Below are positions 11,101 through 21,345 of a stretch of 64,000 bases of DNA, piece by piece; within the stretch, counting starts at the first letter, position 1, and every line of letters begins with the position of its first letter. Made by a program: the position numbers and the translations under genes. The stretch is from NCBI GenBank assembly GCA_965240325.2, contig OZ251243.1:620001-684000 (forward strand). The letters run 5' to 3'. The notes beneath the pieces were generated by a model. That model had not been told where the DNA came from and did no database searches. It was given only the letters and a program-made list of their open reading frames with translations. The stretch is from Rebecca billardiae RCC1528. Its lineage: Eukaryota; Protista; Haptophyta.

Positions 11101-11540
11101 GCTCGACCGCCGCGCCCAAGGTCGACGATTTCGGGGCGTACGAGCCCGAGCCGGAGAGCCCGGCAGGCAGCCGCCGCGGCTCGGCCAACCCTGGCAGTCG
11201 GCGCGCCTCGACCGCGGCCCCGCCCAAGGTGGACGACTGGGCGGCCCCGCCCAAGCCCGCACCCGCCAACCCCGCCGCCAATCGGCGTGCCTCCAACGCG
11301 AACAAGGTGGACGACTGGGCTACTGAGAGCAAGCCTGCCCCCCCCAAGCCCGGGCGCCGCGGCTCGACTGCGCAGGCAGTCGACTACTGGGAGCGCAGGA
11401 CTTCCGTAGTCGCTGGCGCGCAGCCTGGTGCGGGCGCCCGGCGTGCCTCGCTGGCGCAGAAGGTAGACGACTGGGCCAGCGCGTCCAAGCCGACAGACAA
11501 CGCCGCCGATCACGATGACGGCGGCGAGTTGAGCGCATGA
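8139..11540 (+). CDS. Single-domain 6TM voltage-gated cation channel (EukCat / CatSper / BacNav-like), ~1133 aa
   Basis: S1 FELLSLLFILVNTALIV; S2 VFLLELALRM; S3 FWNLLDLLLI; Arg-rich S4 LRVARVFRAHRVLRSLRL; pore RWGSLGRAVLSLCHVLTLDHG; S6; coiled coil; long repeat tail. ATG 8139 preferred because the upstream part of the 7740 ORF lies in repeat DNA. Confidence 0.9.
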   Translation: MGAPAASELPNGAASREPVAKGSVPLPSLAPEQSGPTDAPAAAESRAQADDTPTRRRRGALARCLTGRRAYRSFTVEEMKRRYLRMLVLVRLLRVRRRFARHVSAEAYASLVLEMHALGWLIALREKSGKAKRRAWVLRRQAELRVFVTSTPFELLSLLFILVNTALIVAQAAFPSRQGSRYYQLGELAQVGCGLVFLLELALRMLAFGPRFFAHFWNLLDLLLILVTLVEWAFIVVLTFQLQARAYTGSRFAGVLALRVARVFRAHRVLRSLRLVDRFPALRAVSDALRRASAAVLWVVLLLVLLLVTYGAAAHLLFSSVAASSPPLDDERWGSLGRAVLSLCHVLTLDHGVDVVRELLEASPSPQWTVLIVAFFASFAVLGAYVAFGVIVAVLVAQLEEISRARARAKEHAWFFRNAGVAPPEDVRGAIYRPRGAPRGGGYYYYDGRAERGAERGAARGAERAERMARLSSSESQLSAMSASTLNSHETSALESPRGESRREPRDSTQSDASAAERGAERAGAQEDGARLSRRVESIARAHHELHREVIALTRTVDDMGEGLSRQLRRVITMLEVGQSAAEMRKHIAEAYGGTAEPPPAAPGEIGGSVVPGPGVRRASMVAATQRSSALPNADVLAAVRRASLAGTASLTKAGNSFSLLAERAKARREQNAQERRDAELLESCGGAAGGAPAASPFKSSLRLTPRATSTDGPASARSVCFGENEVRESEGAGARTDAASAPAVPRVNLSDIAMAEPLPPGRRASPPPSPGGRKPRDSGWKDRMSRESFWELDEQGMSTARLSAREREDSQLSARDRPAADERRGSNAGGKQDDWAAAARRTPAAAAASRPRDDRRGSNANKVDDWAGGSQPAPAEPAADCSTRRASNSHKVDDWAAPPKPTTAAAAVTDGGRRGSSSRAKVDDFDEYEEEAEDASAAEPSRRPSADTRRGSSSRKVDDFAAYEPEQSGSAAGSRRGSAAPAGSRRGSTAAPKVDDFGAYEPEPESPAGSRRGSANPGSRRASTAAPPKVDDWAAPPKPAPANPAANRRASNANKVDDWATESKPAPPKPGRRGSTAQAVDYWERRTSVVAGAQPGAGARRASLAQKVDDWASASKPTDNAADHDDGGELSA

Positions 11541-11679
11541 CCTGGCTGATGTGAGTGATGAGTCTGATGAGTGATGACCGAGTACTGTACTACGTACTAC
11601 TTATAATTAAGAATTAATTAATAAATACAGTCCGCGCGGAATCGTATCGTTCGATCATCCTTATTCTCGAAGCAATAAG

Positions 11680-11680
<1 letters not shown>

Positions 11681-11718
<38 letters not shown>
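11681..11718. repeat. (TA)n microsatellite
   Basis: Seen directly; abuts the element at 11719. Confidence 0.95.
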
Positions 11719-11722
<4 letters not shown>

Positions 11723-12387
11723 GGCGGGTTATTGGCACAATAACTGATTGTCTAAGAGGACGGTGGGAGCGCAATGCGCCGTATGGTATCAACACCTGCC
11801 TGCCAATCGGCCCGAGGCAGGCGGCCGAGCGCAAGTCCGGCTGCCATCTTGGCCACCCTCTTCTCGTGCCACGCCAGGGTCTTTCGAGCCTGCTCTGTGC
11901 GCGCGCACAACGGCCCAGAACTAGCTAACTCGTTGTGCTGCTCCTGAGCTTCGAGCGGGTTGGCATGGTGGCTCTGGACAGCCAATTGGTGGCCTGGATT
12001 CTTTCATCTGGCGCCGAGCCGACCGACGCGGCCCTGTGTCTCTCTCGCTCACGCAGCGGACGACGCCCTTCGTTTCGGAAGCGCCCACTGTCCTGATGGC
12101 TGCAGCTGTTCTGGGCCCGCATCTTTCAGGGCGCCCGCCTCTGCACGATGGTGCCTCGTGCCTCGCTCTTGTGCGGCTTGGCGGCTCTCGAGCTGCGTCT
12201 TCCAAGCTGCAGTCCTGCCGCGCGCTCGGCCTGAGCGGCTGCCGCTCGCACTTTGTTTCCGAGGAACAAAAATCCCTTATTCAATGTATAGAGTCTGGTA
12301 TCTCGCAGCGTGGCTCCGCCCTGCCCGGCGTGTGCCTCGCCTCCTCGCTGCATCTGGATGGCGCAGGCGCTTCGAGGACGGCTAGAC

Positions 12388-12388
<1 letters not shown>
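11719..12388 (-). mobile_element. Non-autonomous TA-embedded element, copy 1 (670 bp; asymmetric ends, Helitron2/Helentron-like?)
   Basis: Left end TGTGGGCGGGTTATTGGCACAATAACTGATTGTCTAAGAGGACG and right end GAGGACGGCTAGACA are shared with 17992-18394. TA runs on both sides. Strand is inferred from the hairpin position. Confidence 0.75.

Positions 12389-12391
<3 letters not shown>

Positions 12392-12449
<58 letters not shown>
12392..12449. repeat. (TA)n microsatellite
   Basis: Seen directly. Confidence 0.95.
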
Positions 12450-12453
<4 letters not shown>

Positions 12454-13064
12454 CTACGGTATACCGTATACCGCGTATAATACGTAAGCTATAATCGCGT
12501 ACGTCGCCGTATAGTATTTAACATCGTATCAACGGCGGTAGTTTATATAATATATGTATATATATAATTATACGATGATGATCGACTATTTATTACTACT
12601 AAACGAATAAGATCGACTGCTCATCAAGTCTTAATATATACTAACGACGTGGTATGCAACGGGCGAGCGTCAGAGTCAGCATGAGCAAGCTGTAGCAGCA
12701 AGAATAAGCAGCAGTATAAACCAATAATACTGTACTCTAGGCGGGGGTCCAGCACACCAAAATAAAATCGAACGGAAAAATGCCCTGCGCGGTCGTTTAT
12801 GTAGAACACGGCCTCGGAACGTCGACGCGTACAAGTACATGATGACCAAGGCCGGCGACGACTGCAAATACTTCAGCGGCATCCCTGGGCACCTACTGCC
12901 TCCGTGTGATCAGCATCGGCGACGACTAGGTCCTCACCAGTCACCCGCGGCCAACGCGCTCACACCCTCTGTCTGTCTCCAATCAGTACCGTTCGACAGA
13001 CGAATCAGGAGAGCTGCGCCCTCGTGCCTGTGTCTTTAAATCATAGAATTAGTACTCTGGCTGC

Positions 13065-13536
13065 CTCAGCCTGCCCGGCTGCTCGCAGCTGCAACTCACG
13101 ACGGCGCGGTACGCCCATCTCGGATCTGTGTTGCTCGACTGGATCTCATGCACACCGGGCGTCGCCTACAACTCTTTACCGCCTTCCGCCACTCCTACAG
13201 TCCGAGGCTCAGTACCAGGGGCGCGCGCTTGATGCGTGCCCTGCGCAGTTGTCAACGCAGGCTGCCGACCAGCCCCAGCGAGTCCCGGCGGCACTGGCAG
13301 CACTCTCGGGCAGTGGCACCGCGCCGCAGCTGCCTTGACGAATGACGTGACGACCAGCTGTCTTGACGGCTGCCAGCAAACCTATACCTGAGTTCATGAA
13401 TGAGTCCTCGCTAGCACGTGCGCACGGTCGTCGTCTGCAGCGAGTCTGCAACGCTGTCCGCACCGCTATCATTGTCAACGCTGACGGGGTAGTCGTGAAG
13501 CTGCCCGCCGACGACGTGCAGCGGCTGCTGCAACTC
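13065..13536 (+). repeat. Dispersed repeat, copy 2 (homologous to ~7570-7865, with ~180 bp extra at 13266-13448)
   Basis: Shared blocks TTGCTCGACTGGATCT, TCCGAGGCTCAGTA, the 49-bp identity, CGCTGTCCGCACCGCTA and GTCGTGAAGCTGCC...GTGCAGCGGC..CTGCAACTC. Confidence 0.75.
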
Positions 13537-13663
13537 GGGGCTGGCCAGGGTAGGGCTGGAGGCTTCGGCGGCCGCCAGTCTGATCACCCGGAGCCCGTTA
13601 TTTAAAGGAGAATTTTAAAAACTCTCTATGGGGTATGGTGCTGGTACTTCTCTAGTTAATTTT

Positions 13664-14920
13664 ATGGCGGCCGCTGCTTGGCGCGCGGCGTTGCTCTCGC
13701 TCGCCTTTCCCGCGCTCGGCCTGCCGCGCGGAGCCGCGCACGCACGGCGTGGCTGGCGTGAGGCGACACACACGCGCCATGGCTGTGCAGTCGCCGCCCC
13801 GCGCGGCGACGGCTTGACCGCGCACGCGATCACGAGCGCGGAGTGGAGCGCCCCTCTCGCCGCGACCATCGCACAGCTGCTCGAAGTGGACGAGGCACGG
13901 GCGGCGTGGTTGTGTGAGCTGGGCGCGGCGTACGTGGGCAGCGAGCGCGTGCTCGACGCCACAACGCACGTCGGCGCCGACGCACACCTGCGCGTCCACC
14001 TGCGCCCCAAGCGGCACCCGGTCGCGACCGCCATCGATTGGCGTGAGCTCATCCTGCACGAGAGTGCCGACTTCGTCGTGGTCGAGAAGCCGCGGGGCGT
14101 GCCCGTGCACGAGACGGTGAGCAACGCACGCGAGAACGTACGCGCATGCCTGGGTGCCGCGCTCGGCGAGGCCTCAGCGTCCGCGCTGCAATGCCCGCAC
14201 CGGCTCGACACGCCGACCCGTGGCCTATTGGTGGTCGCTCGCTCGAAGCGATTTCTTTCGGCGTTCAACGCGCTGCTCCGAGAGCGACGCGTACGCAAGG
14301 TGTACCGGGCACTGTGCGCCCCATCGCACGGGCCGGCCGCCGCGCCAGGGCCCGCGCCGCTGCAACCCGGCCTGCTTCGGCACTATGCCCCGCCATGCAA
14401 ATTCCCGCCGTGCGAGGTCCGCGCCGCGCCGGGCAGTCCCGGCGAGTGGCGTGTTTGCGAGTCCGCTGTCCTGGGCGTGCGCCGCGTGCGCGTCAGCTTC
14501 GAGGCTCGCTCCGCAGCCGTGGCAACTGCGCCCGCGGCGTCGGCGGACGCAACGGACGCGCTGGACGTGGAGATCGAGCTGCGCACTGGGCGCACGCACC
14601 AGCTGCGCGCTCAGCTTGCGCACGAGGGATGGCCCATCCTTGGCGACAGCGTGTACTCTGCCCTCAGCCACAGCGCCGTCAGCGCGGCATGCGTGCAGGC
14701 GAGCGATGCCAGGACTTCGCAGCATGCGAGTGCGGAGCTGCATGTGCCCGCGACGGCGCCCGTGCGCGACGCCGGAGCGCCACAGCCTGACGACGGCAGC
14801 GACGCGCAGGCTGCCGAGCCCTTCTTCGGTCTGTGCGCCACCCGGCTGGCGTTCCAATGCCCGCTGGGCTCCGGCCGGGCGTATGAGTTTGAGCTGCCTG
14901 AGGACCGTGTCTGGCTCTAG
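13664..14920 (+). CDS. RluA-family RNA pseudouridine synthase with N-terminal signal/transit-like peptide
   Basis: Motifs VVVEKPRGVPVH, catalytic HRLD, KVYRALC and LRTGRTHQLRAQLAHEGWPILGDSVY. Hydrophobic N-terminus MAAAAWRAALLSLAFPALG suggests organelle targeting. Confidence 0.9.
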   Translation: MAAAAWRAALLSLAFPALGLPRGAAHARRGWREATHTRHGCAVAAPRGDGLTAHAITSAEWSAPLAATIAQLLEVDEARAAWLCELGAAYVGSERVLDATTHVGADAHLRVHLRPKRHPVATAIDWRELILHESADFVVVEKPRGVPVHETVSNARENVRACLGAALGEASASALQCPHRLDTPTRGLLVVARSKRFLSAFNALLRERRVRKVYRALCAPSHGPAAAPGPAPLQPGLLRHYAPPCKFPPCEVRAAPGSPGEWRVCESAVLGVRRVRVSFEARSAAVATAPAASADATDALDVEIELRTGRTHQLRAQLAHEGWPILGDSVYSALSHSAVSAACVQASDARTSQHASAELHVPATAPVRDAGAPQPDDGSDAQAAEPFFGLCATRLAFQCPLGSGRAYEFELPEDRVWL

Positions 14921-15992
14921 CTGGATAGAGATGTCGAATGCCACCCGCATTGGGCCAACGGAAGGCCAAGGCCATCAGTTGTGCTATTCCGGCGAGGGAA
15001 TTGTCCGCCTATTAGTAGCCACGCTGCACAAAGAGATTAATACGAGCAGGGGAATCGGATAGTATACGAACGCAATCGTCAATAAGCGTCATCAAGGGGG
15101 CTCTTAAATGTCATTCATTAGCAGCTTCCCCCTGCTAAAAGTACAAAATCCCCGACCAGCATCACGCGCGCCAGTATCTTTTTTGATTTTGCGGAGCACG
15201 TGCGCCGCCCCCCCCCGGCTTTCACTCACGCTCAGACCTTTCGGGGGGGGGCGTGCGCCATAATAATAATCCAGCGCGCGTTGCACGGTCCCGCGCGCAC
15301 CGCGACCGCCGCCGCGCGCAGCCGCGCAAGACGTCTGAAGACCGTCAGCGCCGCGACGGGACGCCGCAGGAGTCCGCTGGTGCGCTGCCACTGATCCCGG
15401 GCCGCCTGATTCCTGAAACTCTCAGCGGCGCACCTGCAGGTGAGTGCAGGACTCGGTTTGTTACTCGCTCGTCGGGGCCAAGTTTCGCTCGTCGGGCGCA
15501 TCGGGCTCAGTGCTTGCGACGAAGGCGCCGAGCTGGGCAGGGGGATCGGCCTGCATCGGCGGACCACTCCTCACTAGCTACTAGGTGCACTCTGGCCGCA
15601 GTCACTGAGTCCGCCGCCGAGGACGGAGGAGGCCTGGCGGTCTCTTCGTCTGGCAGTCACTGATCTCTCTTACTCGATCTCTCTCTGAATGAGTCTCTCT
15701 CTCTAGTTCAGAGCACGTCAGCGCCCGCGTGACGCGGTGTGCCCCCCCGGGGCCGGGGCCCCGGCCGCGTCCGCGGGGAGTCGTCAACTCGGTCGCCGGG
15801 CCGGCCACGTGGCACGTTGACGTGCGTAGTTTCAGTTCACTCACGTCACAGTCGTCAGCTGCTGATTCTGCTGCACGGTCCGGGCTCCGGCCGCGGTGCA
15901 GAATTGCATCAGATAAGTTATTAGGCTAGCATAGATCACTCTGATCAGCGGTTCTGAAAATAATAAAAATCGGATTAGTCAGAATTCGTCAA

Positions 15993-15994
<2 letters not shown>

Positions 15995-16046
<52 letters not shown>
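15995..16046. repeat. (TA)n microsatellite
   Basis: Seen directly. Confidence 0.95.
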
Positions 16047-16047
<1 letters not shown>

Positions 16048-16049
<2 letters not shown>

Positions 16050-17974
16050 ACGGCGTGGCAGCAGTCGGACAAGCGTCAGGCTCACGGAGTGCAACAGACA
16101 CATAGATAATAGAATGCGTCCGCGCCTTCCGTCCAGGTCAGACAGTGCGCCACCCGCAGCCCTGCCCCCCTACGGTAGGGGGGCCAAACCGCCCATTTAA
16201 AAATGAAAAGCAAAGTCGCGTCGCATTTTCGCTCCGCCCTCGGCCTTTTAGGGTGGCGCGGAGCCTTTTTCTCGGACCTCGCTCGAAAATCGAGCTCCGA
16301 CGCCTTCGGGCGCTCAGAGCTCGGTTCCGCTCCAGACGAGCGGCCGGAGGCAGTGGACCGCCGCGCGCTCGCGACCTCTGAGACGCCGAGATGGTCTCGG
16401 GTGCGCGCGCGCGTGACGCTGGTGGGCGCTACTGACCCGTGCCTTTGCGCCACCAGCGGCTCACCACCCGCTTCTTGGCCACCTCGCGCCGTGCGCGGCG
16501 CGCGTCGGCCGGCTTGAATTGGTGCGCTGCGTACGCCCGCTACGCTACCGCACGGTGTGGCGCATGATCAACTCGGACCAATGAGATCGATGCTCGGACC
16601 AATCGTCCATGTATGTCTGTGAATGCCCAGCTCGCCTAACCTGCCCTACTGCGCCGGAATCGCCGTCAGCAGACCGGCGCGAGCTCGCGCACAGCACCTC
16701 CGCGGAGCTCGCAACTGTCATGTTCCGCTTGTAGGGCCCGTGTTTGCACCTGCCGTGGCACTTGCGATGGTCAGTACGTTGGGTATGGGTCACATGTGCC
16801 CTCTGATGGCGTCTGGGCGCCTCCCATTCGCCTCTCAGGACGTCGCGGACGTGCTCGCAGGCAGCGGTTGGCTCATTCGACAGGTCCGACGTGCACTCGA
16901 CCGTGCCTGCAAGCGCGCCCCTGTGACGCTCATGCCTGCAGAAGCAGATGCAGATGGGCCCTCATGCACCCTGGTGCGCCCAAGACCGGCGGGAGCGTCA
17001 GAGACCGTCTCAATCTTGACACCTTGCACACGCCGGCGCTTGACGTTGGGCTCCGCGCAGCCAGCCAGGAGCGCCGAACAGCGCCGGATCAGCCTCTGTA
17101 GGCCGAATATCCGCCCCTAAGCCCGGAACTAGCGCGGAACAGGGTAGTGCGTACCTATGTGGACCAATCCCATCCAGCCTGGTTTGGTGCAGACACGCCA
17201 GCCACCGCCTGGAGCAGACGTTTGCTGCCGAATCGCATGCTCGGCACTGTGCCGCACTGCGACGACGACAGATTTGACCTGCCTCGTAGGTCTCGGCCAG
17301 GGAGCGGTGACGGTTGGCTCGAGTGACTTTAAACCTTGACTATGACCGAGAGCACTCCCGGGCTGAGGACGTGGGGCCGGTGCTTTGGGTCTAATATGTC
17401 TGCAATACGCCGTACGCGTGGCCGTATACACAGTCTGAAAACGTATCTCGCAGCTCGAGATCAGATGAGGCTGTATTCATCAGCATGGCGCCTATATACA
17501 CAGTGGGTATGTAACGATCGGTGGCTTCTAGGAAACTACATATTTGACAGCCTGCCAGTACACAGCCTATATCGCATGTTGGGACCTGCTGCTGCTGGGG
17601 ACTCAGAACGATCTCGCTGAGATGCTCTAACAAAGTGAGGTCGACATGGTCTATATGTCACATATAGGACGACCGTTATATGCCGTTTCCAATAAGTTCA
17701 GGCTCATTCTAATAAGTAAATATGCTAGCCGTTACGCCCTATATTCAGGGTATGTGCACCTGATTTTTTTACATGGCCGGCCCAGACCCCTCCAGAGGGC
17801 AAATGATCCAGCCCGAAATCAGCTCTAAACACTCGCTAGGACCCGCGCTCGTGGCCGTCAGTAACGCTACAGTGCCACTTTGGCCCCCCTACCTACGGGA
17901 GCGGGGCCGGGATGGACAGCACCGCCTCGGCCTGGGGCACGCGGCGGCGACGGCAGATGCCGCCGCGGCCGATA
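16048..17974 (+). mobile_element. Small (~200 bp) TA-flanked MITE-like host element, split into 16048-16175 and 17899-17974 by a nested TIR element
   Basis: 16048-16145 matches the reverse complement of 57872-57960. Imperfect terminal inverted repeats TAACGGCGTGGCAGCA / GATGCCGCCGCGGCCGATA. Degenerate end copies at ~12642 and ~31212-31250. Confidence 0.65.
16176..17891. mobile_element. Non-autonomous TIR DNA transposon, ~1.7 kb
   Basis: TIR TAGGGGGGCCAAA (16176-16188) / TTTGGCCCCCCTA (17879-17891), flanked by the direct repeat CCTACGG (16169-16175 and 17892-17898). No recognisable ORF. Confidence 0.8.
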
Positions 17975-17991
17975 ATATTCATATATATATA

Positions 17992-18394
17992 TGTGGGGTT
18001 ATTGGTACAATAACTGATTGTCTAAGAGGACGACAAGAACGCCGGGCGCCAGCGCCGCTCATCAGCCACATCGCCCTCTACCAGACCATCGCCTCAAAGG
18101 GCGCTGCTCCCGGACAAACAGTCTGTCCGGGTTGTTCTGCCGCCCAGGAGATCGGTTTCCGGCGCCGGCCTCTGCCGCCTGCTTCGCCAGGCGCGGCGTG
18201 GGGATCACTCACGCACCGCGTCTCGTCGACGGCGAGCGGCATGCCCACCGCATCTGCTGCCGCTCGCCAAGGCATGAGGACACGTAAATCCCACTGAGTA
18301 GGAACACACGCAGCCGCATCGGCATCGACATGCCAGGCGGCGTGCCCACCTTCGGCCAGCAGTTGGCGTCGGCGTTCACGAGGACGGCTAGACA
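17992..18394 (-). mobile_element. Non-autonomous TA-embedded element, copy 2 (403 bp)
   Basis: Same termini as 11719-12388; TA runs on both sides. Confidence 0.75.
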
Positions 18395-18779
18395 TATATA
18401 TATATTATTGGCGGTTATCATGCAGTGTCTGACGCCGCCATTCGCCGAATTCGGAATCGGGGCATTCGGGCACTCAGTGGCGCCGGATATCCCGGCGGCG
18501 ATCACGGCCTGTTGCAAATTGAATAAATACCAACAAATATGTGACGGCGACATCCCAGTGGGAATCCGCGTGACGCCCGGTTGGATGCAGAGTGTTCTCT
18601 GCGAGGATGGCGTCTGGACCGCGGGGAACGCGATCGCTGCACCCCTGAGGTTGTCGTGAGTGCAGCAATCCACTTGCGCCAGGCTGGGGCGTGACCTACG
18701 TCGAGAACACTCTGCATCCAAGTGGGCACCCCCTCATGTCCAAGCGGAAGCAGAAGCTCTCCGCGCGCGGTCGACGCGG

Positions 18780-19400
18780 CAAGAAAGCTCAGAAGGGCTG
18801 GAGCTCAAGATTCAGCGCATGCTGCAGCCCGCAAGACGCGTGAGGAGGCGGGCACGAGGCGCTACGCAAGTCCCGGTCGACCTCGATCTCATCGTCCGAG
18901 TCCTCAGCTCCAGCGCCGGCCTTCCGCTGGAGCTGCGCCGTCACGTCGTGCGACGTGCCAGTCGTTGAGCTCGCTGAAGATGGGGCGGGGCGCGCAGGGA
19001 CCGGACATGTTGCGCGGGAGCGCGGCACGGCACGGTGCGCACGAGCACGGCCAGCGACACACCCACACGCGACCCGCCTGGTCGATGCGCAGGTTGTGGA
19101 AGCTCTTCCGGCTTGAGTGCGGGCGCGCTTCTCGTCGCGCGTCGCCGTGTCGATTGTGTCGTACCCCGGAAAGTCGCGGTGATCTCGGCGTAGGGTACCA
19201 CCACACGATCGCGCGTCGTCGCGAGCTGCGCGCGCGTGCGGTTCATAATCAGCTCCGAGCCGCCCAGCTCCGTGTCCATCTGCTTGGCCGTCCCCAGCCA
19301 GCGCGCGATCTCCTCGGTGAAGCTGATAATGCGGGGCGCCCTCCTCGAGCGCCGCCGAGGCCCGAGCGCATCAGCTCCTATGTGCGAATCAAGGCCTATA
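18780..19400 (-). pseudogene. Frameshifted coding remnant, possibly the C-terminus of a DNA-transposon transposase
   Basis: GC3-biased fragments in different frames: ISFTEEIARWLGTAKQMD...RVVVPYAEI; KSFHNLRIDQAGRVWVCRWPCSCAPC; EDSDDEIEVDRD. Family assignment is a guess. Confidence 0.35.
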
Positions 19401-21345
19401 TGGCCGGCCATGACCGATGATATTGGCCGCTAGGCGGCCATGGCCGATGGTTAGCGGTCGACCATCCATCTCTGGCCGATGGGTATTGGCCGATGGCCGT
19501 CTGGCGGCCGGACCGCCGTACTCGTAGGCCGCGCCGGACCGGGCACGGCCACGGCGCCGGCGCGTGATGGCCGCGTGAGCACGCCGCGCGGGCTGCAGCA
19601 CTGTCCGACTCTGCACGGTCGTAGTTCGAGAGGGCGGCCCCGGGGCTCGGCCGACCCAACTGGTGGACTTGTTGAGCCCCAGTGGCGGTCTCGACCGAGC
19701 TTGGCAGGTGTGTGTGTGTGCCTGTGTGTGTTAATCTGATATACTATATATCAGTTACAGGCGACTATGTCTATTGCGATGTATTTGCCGATTCTGCGCG
19801 CCGGCCCGGCGAGTGAAGGACGCGAGGTGCAGCAGGTGGCGAGCCCGGCGAGACTCCGAGGGCGAGTCAGCGGCCGCACCCGCGCCCGCGACCGCGCCCA
19901 CGCCCGCGTCCACGACCCCTACTTCTCGGCCACGGCTCGCGCTTGCACTGCCAGCAGCGCTGCGGCATCGTCTCACGCAGACCACGTCTGCCGACGCGGC
20001 GACTGCGGCAGCCTCGCGGCGAGCGGACGAGCGGTGGCTGCCGCAGCACAGTAGTCGGCTGCAAGCAGCTTCTGCGACGAGATCATGCCCAGACAGAGTC
20101 AAGCCGACCTCGTTGGGGTACCATACGTTCTGCCCGAGTGGTGAATAATCTTTTGCCGAAAAAGAAAAAGGGATGAATGAATGTATATGATGTATTCATT
20201 TATTCGTCATTTATTCGTCGTAGTCGGCCACTGGCCGATGAACGGGCAAAAGTGGGCATCCTGTGGCCGACGGGTTGGCCGACGCCCGGCGAGGCTTGAT
20301 TCGCACACAGATCAGCTCCGGGTTGACACTGGCTCGCAGAGCGCTTCCTGGACGACCAGCAGCGACGCGTGGCACTCATTGAGCCCGGTCACAACGGGGC
20401 CATCCCAGCCGTGGATGACGCCGGCGGCAACTAGTCTGATGACAGTGAATCCTACGAGTACTATCTCATTTTCTTGCAGCAGTACTGTCCTGTTGAGCAC
20501 CGTTCGGACACTGCGCCGTAAGCTACTACTGATCCTCGACGCTTATACCTCTGGGCCCCGACACTGCTTTGGGGGCGTCTGGGGACTGATCGTGGCTGGC
20601 ACCGAGGTGGTCGACTTCATCTACTTGGCTGGCGCACCTTCGACTCCTCCAATACCCAGTATCAGAAGTACCGCGAGCTCTCGTGGTGGCACTCCGAGGA
20701 GCGCTGCACCGCAAGGCGAGCGTAGACTGCAGATGGTGATTGCGAGCGCGCCCGCGGGCGAGACTACGCACAACTCGAGCACGATGGGGAAGGCGTTGAG
20801 GAAGATCCCGGGCGTTCTCTCGGCCGCAGACCAAAGCATGATTCTCGACCAGATGGCTGAGCGCGCCGACGCGCTCGATCACAACTCGTGTCGGCACTGC
20901 ACGCGGACGGCGTCGACGAGTGTCGACCTGACTGCCGAGCGTGCCGTGACTGTATAGCATGCAGCGTGGCGCACACTCTGTCTAGAACCGTAGGCAAGCG
21001 TCGACGCGCGTCGTCTGGTGCGACGCGCGCCTCCTGAGCGCCTCCCGTGGCCGCCGCCGCAGCGCGGCAGCGGCCATCATGAAAAAAAAATCGCTCGCCG
21101 AAATTCCCCCCGATGTCGCGTTTGGTCTCACTTCAAAATGCAACAAGCCTCACTTGAACTTAATTTAATGAAGACATGATATATACCTTACGACGACAGC
21201 CGCCAACACGCATGAGCACTACACTACTGCTGACTCAGAACATTGAGTCAGGCCGACAACGGCACCGCTGCCACCGACCGCGCCGCGCTGCGACGGTCGC
21301 GGTGCCGGCGCGCCTGCCGCCCGTGGCCGTTCAGCCCGCGCCCGA

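Noticed and set aside
12036-12494. ORFs with IYIYIY runs (also near 41.2 kb and 58.0 kb)
   Set aside because: Translations of (TA)n microsatellites.
15206-15253. C9/G9 stem-loop
   Set aside because: Homopolymer-based, with no other support for a structured RNA.
20181-20957. 258-aa ORF with a coding-like tail (KALRKIPGVLSAADQSMILDQMAE)
   Set aside because: No recognisable domain, weak codon bias and TE-rich context; at most a decayed fragment.
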